In this document: piece by piece, positions 60,354-64,000 of the stretch
How positions within the stretch are numbered: position 1 is the stretch's first letter
Layout: each line of letters starts with the position of its first letter
Assembly (NCBI GenBank): GCA_965248265.1
Contig: CBDFJF010000001.1
Location: 32,001-96,000, forward strand
DNA: 64,000 bases
Reading direction: 5' to 3'
From: Candidatus Latescibacterota bacterium
GTDB lineage: Bacteria; Latescibacterota; UBA2968; UBA8231
Made by a program: the position numbers and the translations under genes
The notes under the pieces: generated by a model
Seen by the model: only the letters and a program-made list of their open reading frames with translations
The model's database searches: none
Told to the model about the DNA's origin: nothing

Positions 60354-60675
60354 TTGGCGCTATCACCGCCCCTAAAGCCAAGAAGACGCAAGAATTTCTT
60401 GCGTAGAATGGTATGGAAGATGGACGAGTGCAGAGCTCTTCGAGAGACGCCGTCGAAGGGAATGCCACCCTCGACTTGCTGGCCGGGTATCGACTCTGGT
60501 AGTTGCGAAGTGCCGCAAGACACAGCGCTATCATCTGACCAGAAAGCGCCCGCCTGACGCGGAACTGCTCGCACTGCTGCTTGGACGCTCCGGAAAGCTC
60601 CGCGCGCCGGCCATGCATGTGGGGTCCAGGTTCCTGGTCGGCTATAACAGCGAGATGCTGACGAGCGAACTGTAG
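60352..60675 (+). pseudogene. Decayed ArsC/Spx-like (seleno)protein family gene
   Basis: Across frames: WRYHRP* / KKTQEFLA*NG...LDLLAG / LVVAKCRKT...DAELLALLLGRSGKLRAPAMHVGSRFLVGYN; redox motif missing, two stops and at least two frameshifts. Confidence 0.65.
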
Positions 60676-60875
60676 GAACGTGAGAGCAGCTCGCACTCGG
60701 CTGCTCAATCCTTTCCTAGCTCCACATGCAGTACCACCGGGAAGAGCGAACAGGTCACTTAGATCACCACACACGGCTGCATCCGGGTGCTTCGAATAGT
60801 TCTATGTTTTTGCCTTCCAGAAAGTTACGTTTGGCCTTGCACGACGCTATGATCCCGACTGCTCAGGAGGACTCG

Positions 60876-61380
60876 ATGGCGAAAAAGAGAGTCAACTTGG
60901 GGCCCGATCGCACGCCTCGCCATCAGTGACATAGAGCTGGAAACCCACCCGAAATTCATACAGATCCTGCCCGAGCGTGAAATCGTCTTGCTGCTGGCAT
61001 TCGAGGTCAACTCGACCAACATGTCAGGAAGGATGAGCCTCTGCTACCCCTTCCTGACGATTCAATCACTGCTTCCGCTGATGAATCGACACGGCTATAC
61101 GCGGCAGACCGATCTATCTGATGACGAACTCAAACTCGAAAACCGTCTGCGGCTTGGACCGGCACAGCTGCAAGCTTCGGCGCAGATCGGCAGTGTGGAA
61201 TTGACTGTGGAAGATGCCGGCAACCTGCGAGTCGGCGACGTCATTCGTTCGGGCACACGGACCTCCGACCCGGTGCCTGTCTTGATCGAAGGACAGCCGG
61301 CGTTCCTGGGTAGGCCCTTCGCCGCCGACGACGGCACGCAGATGATCAAGATTGCCGGAGACATGCCGGTGGGCAGCTAG
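60876..61380 (+). pseudogene. fliM: fliM remnant (C-terminal part) with internal deletion
   Basis: SD AGGAGG plus MAKK, then out-of-frame ESTWGPIARLAISDIELETHPKFIQI...SGRMSLCYPF...LRVGDVI (SPOA domain). Confidence 0.72.
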
Positions 61381-61548
61381 TGTCCCGATTAGGGGTGGGA
61401 CTATCAAGGTCTCCGCCTGGGCACACGCCGTCGCTCTACTACATGCGTTGCTCTCCAGAGGATTAGATGGTCTCGAAATTGCACACGAATCTTTGTAGAT
61501 TTGTCGTGGAGCCTAACAGCTCCGGTCTCTTCACAGGGATAGCATTCG

Positions 61549-61851
61549 ATGTCAGCTGATCAAGCTACAGAATTAACCGTCCGCGACGTGCTCTCACAGG
61601 TAGATCGTCGCATAGACCTGGTTGAAACCGACATTCTAAAACTGGACTCCAAGTTCGAAGCCAAATTCGAGGCCATGGACGCCAAGTTCGACGCCAGGTT
61701 TGGCGCTATGGACGCCAAGTTCGACGCCAGATTCGGCGCTACGGACGCCAAGTTCGACGCTAAATTTCGTGACCTGACAACGACCATGATTGCTGTAGCA
61801 GGAATCATGGTGGCGTCCGCCGGCGCCATTGCCGCGTACCTGAAGGTCTGA
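61549..61851 (+). CDS. Small coiled-coil protein with 11-residue repeats and C-terminal TM (DUF1640/CCDC90-like)
   Basis: DAKFDARFGAM-type repeats (33-bp units, about 61645-61767); C-terminal MIAVAGIMVASAGAIAAYL. Confidence 0.8.
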   Translation: MSADQATELTVRDVLSQVDRRIDLVETDILKLDSKFEAKFEAMDAKFDARFGAMDAKFDARFGATDAKFDAKFRDLTTTMIAVAGIMVASAGAIAAYLKV

Positions 61852-61870
61852 CGCCGCTCTAGCTCGACCC

Positions 61871-62234
61871 TTACAACTTTACCACCCCCTTGATGTAGCT
61901 TTCATCCCCTTCCAGGATGCGTGCCATCAACGCCGGATAGTCCTCCAGCGAAGCCGTATGCGTAACGAATGGCTTGAGGTCGATGATACCCTTGTGGATT
62001 AGGCGGATGGCGGGCTCGAAGGTTTGCCGTAGCTTCGAACCGGGCGCCGAATTGGTCACCGTGAACCCCCCAAGGTGCCACTTGGTCGGATCGAATTGCG
62101 CTTTGTCTCCCTTGATCCAGCCGAACAGGTTGATGAGCCCTCCCCGGCGGACAATATCAGTGGCCAGGGTCGGGCACCTTCCTCTCGTAGAGATCGATGC
62201 TGCCGTCTGGCAGGTAGCGGATAGTCGTACTCAT
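61871..62234 (-). pseudogene. Zinc-binding (MDR) dehydrogenase with large internal deletion
   Basis: SD AGGAG, MSTTIRYLPDGSIDLYERKVPDPGH* joined out of frame to TLATDIVRRGGLINLFGW...IDLKPFVTH...YIKGVVKL. Confidence 0.78.
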
Positions 62235-62410
62235 ATGCTCGGTGTCTCCTGTGCTTGTCGACTACCTATAGCTGTCACCACTTCGCCCCCCCGGCCATTA
62301 AGCGCCGAAGCAGATCTGTTGTCAACCGGGGCCAAGGCCGCATATATTGCGCCATCTGACGATGGTCGGTCTCCAACCTGCAGTCTCACCCACATGCCAC
62401 TGTTGAACTG

Positions 62411-63259
62411 ATGACTACGAAAAGCTTCCGCGACAGCACCAAGCGGTCCTTCCCGACGCTTGAGGAGCTCAACCAGATGGACCGGGATCTCAGCTTTCAT
62501 GCCAGCGATCCCGCCAACGCCGCCAGCCTGACGAAGGCTCAGGTTGAGGAGTTCAATCAGCGTGGCTTTCTCGCCCCGCTGCGAGTCCTCAGCGAAGACG
62601 ACGTCGAAGACTATCGTCGGTACTTCGACGGAGTGCTGGAGCGAGCCCTTGCCGACGGCTATGACGGCTACTCCATCGTCTCCGCCCACATCAAACACGG
62701 ACGAGTGTACGACCTGTTGTCTCATCCCAGTATCGTCGATTGGATGAGCGACCTGTTGAGCACGGATCTGGTCTGCTGGGGAGCCCACTACTTCTGCAAG
62801 GTCCCAGGCGATGAGAAGCAGGTCACCTGGCACCAGGATGCCAATTACTGGCCCATCAGTCCGGCGCGTGCAATCACGGCCTGGCTCGCCGTAGACGATG
62901 TCGATGTGGAAAACGGTTGCATGCGATTCGTCACCGGGTCGCATCGCCGCGGTCCGTTGCAGGCCCGCCCGGCGACTGCCGACGAAAACAGCGTGTTGGC
63001 ACAGTCCGTGGACGGCGCGGAGGAATACGGTGAGGTCTACGACAACGAGCTCAAGGCAGGGGAAGTGTCGCTGCACTCCGACATGCTCCTGCACAGCTCT
63101 CAGCCCAACCATTCTACACGGCGCCGTGCAGGTCTTGCGCTGCGGTATGTACCTGTGGATGTGCGTGCCACTATGGACTGGAACACGGAAGGCGTGCTGG
63201 CAAGTGGAAGCGATCCTTCGGGCCATTGGGGAAACCCGGCCCGGCCAGCACAGGATTAG
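62411..63259 (+). CDS. Phytanoyl-CoA dioxygenase (PhyH) family protein
   Basis: WHQDANYW, WLAVDDVDVENGCMRFVTGSH, LHSSQPNHSTRRR. Confidence 0.92.
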   Translation: MTTKSFRDSTKRSFPTLEELNQMDRDLSFHASDPANAASLTKAQVEEFNQRGFLAPLRVLSEDDVEDYRRYFDGVLERALADGYDGYSIVSAHIKHGRVYDLLSHPSIVDWMSDLLSTDLVCWGAHYFCKVPGDEKQVTWHQDANYWPISPARAITAWLAVDDVDVENGCMRFVTGSHRRGPLQARPATADENSVLAQSVDGAEEYGEVYDNELKAGEVSLHSDMLLHSSQPNHSTRRRAGLALRYVPVDVRATMDWNTEGVLASGSDPSGHWGNPARPAQD

Positions 63260-64000
63260 CTACCGATCAACTCCCCCGTGGCCCGCAGCAGTGATTCCTG
63301 TACCAACAGTTCGTGGTCATAGGAACGATCCGGCTCGCGCTTGCCCTCGATGACTTCCACGAAAGCGGCAAGTTCCAGATCGTAGAGATCCTGCCTTGTC
63401 GTGGTCGCCACCTCGACCACCTGCTCCCCTTCCACGTACCCATCCCGCGCCTCTTCCAGACACAGCCGAATCCGGTCGCCCGGTTCAAAGGGCTCGGTTA
63501 TGATGGCACTCCCGCCAGTGCCATAAACCTCGAAGCGTCGTGCCATCGGCCTGGTCTCCATGGCGGCGATATCGATGAGTGCCATAGCCGAGTCGAATTC
63601 GAAGACGGCCAGGGTATTATCCTTGAAGGCAGGAACCTCACCCGTGTCGTTGCGCAGGAAGGGTGTAACCGTGTGCGGGCGGCCTAGCATCCAGAGTATC
63701 GAATCCAGCACGTGGCCGGCCAGGTCGTAGAGGATCCCTCCGGCGAAAACGCTCATGCGCTCGCGAGTCGCGCTATCGACCATCGTCGACATATGCGCCC
63801 GCACCGAGAACAGCTGCCCCAGCATACCCGAGCGCGCCCAGTCCACGACTAGACAAAAACCGGGATGGTAGCGGAACATGTAACCCATTTGAATCTGCAG
63901 ACCGGCATCGCTCGCTCTCTCGAACACGAGCTGACACTGTTTCCAATCATACCCGGCCGGCTTGTCGTACCACACGTGTTTTCCGGCCTCGATCAAGCGC
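63256..64000 (-). CDS. Gfo/Idh/MocA family oxidoreductase (5' end outside the window)
   Basis: GKHVWYDKPAG, GYMFRY, GGILYDLAGH. Confidence 0.88.
   Translation of the reverse strand, partial: RLIEAGKHVWYDKPAGYDWKQCQLVFERASDAGLQIQMGYMFRYHPGFCLVVDWARSGMLGQLFSVRAHMSTMVDSATRERMSVFAGGILYDLAGHVLDSILWMLGRPHTVTPFLRNDTGEVPAFKDNTLAVFEFDSAMALIDIAAMETRPMARRFEVYGTGGSAIITEPFEPGDRIRLCLEEARDGYVEGEQVVEVATTTRQDLYDLELAAFVEVIEGKREPDRSYDHELLVQESLLRATGELIGS

Noticed and set aside
60386-60404. Perfect inverted repeat ACGCAAGAA-T-TTCTTGCGT as an operator
   Set aside because: It lies within the coding remnant (TQEFLA) of the ArsC-like pseudogene and has no clear target gene; may be chance.
60876-60900. Programmed frameshift at GAAAAAG restoring FliM
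   Set aside because: The needed shift is +1, not the -1 typical of A-AAA-AAG sites, and most of the FliM N-terminal and middle region is missing anyway.

Overview
GC-rich (about 60% by eye) bacterial chromosomal window with about 50 intact CDS and no rRNA, tRNA, CRISPR or intact mobile element that I can see. The gene content (FG-GAP/ASPIC protein, several PhyH and Gfo/Idh/MocA enzymes, an NYPNPFN/FlgD-type C-terminal domain, a TAV..TSWGxVK C-terminal motif) suggests an FCB-group bacterium such as Ca. Latescibacterota; this is an inference. Main blocks: (1) 1.4-20 kb signalling island with a TonB-dependent receptor, YfiR, three hybrid histidine kinases, and a convergent kinase / REC-GAF / DUF3391-FapA operon carrying a frameshift; (2) 20-31 kb catabolic enzymes; (3) a catalytically dead caspase-like protein next to a giant PKD lipoprotein and a cohesin protein; (4) a LolA/LolCDE-like ABC exporter; (5) an atypical sigma54 activator beside a mirror-image pair of sigma54 promoters with IHF sites and phased repeats; (6) orphan flagellar parts (FliF-C, FliM-C, FapA); (7) a SoxR-like MerR regulon; (8) several decayed or internally deleted gene remnants. 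All family calls come from motif recognition by eye; no database search was run.
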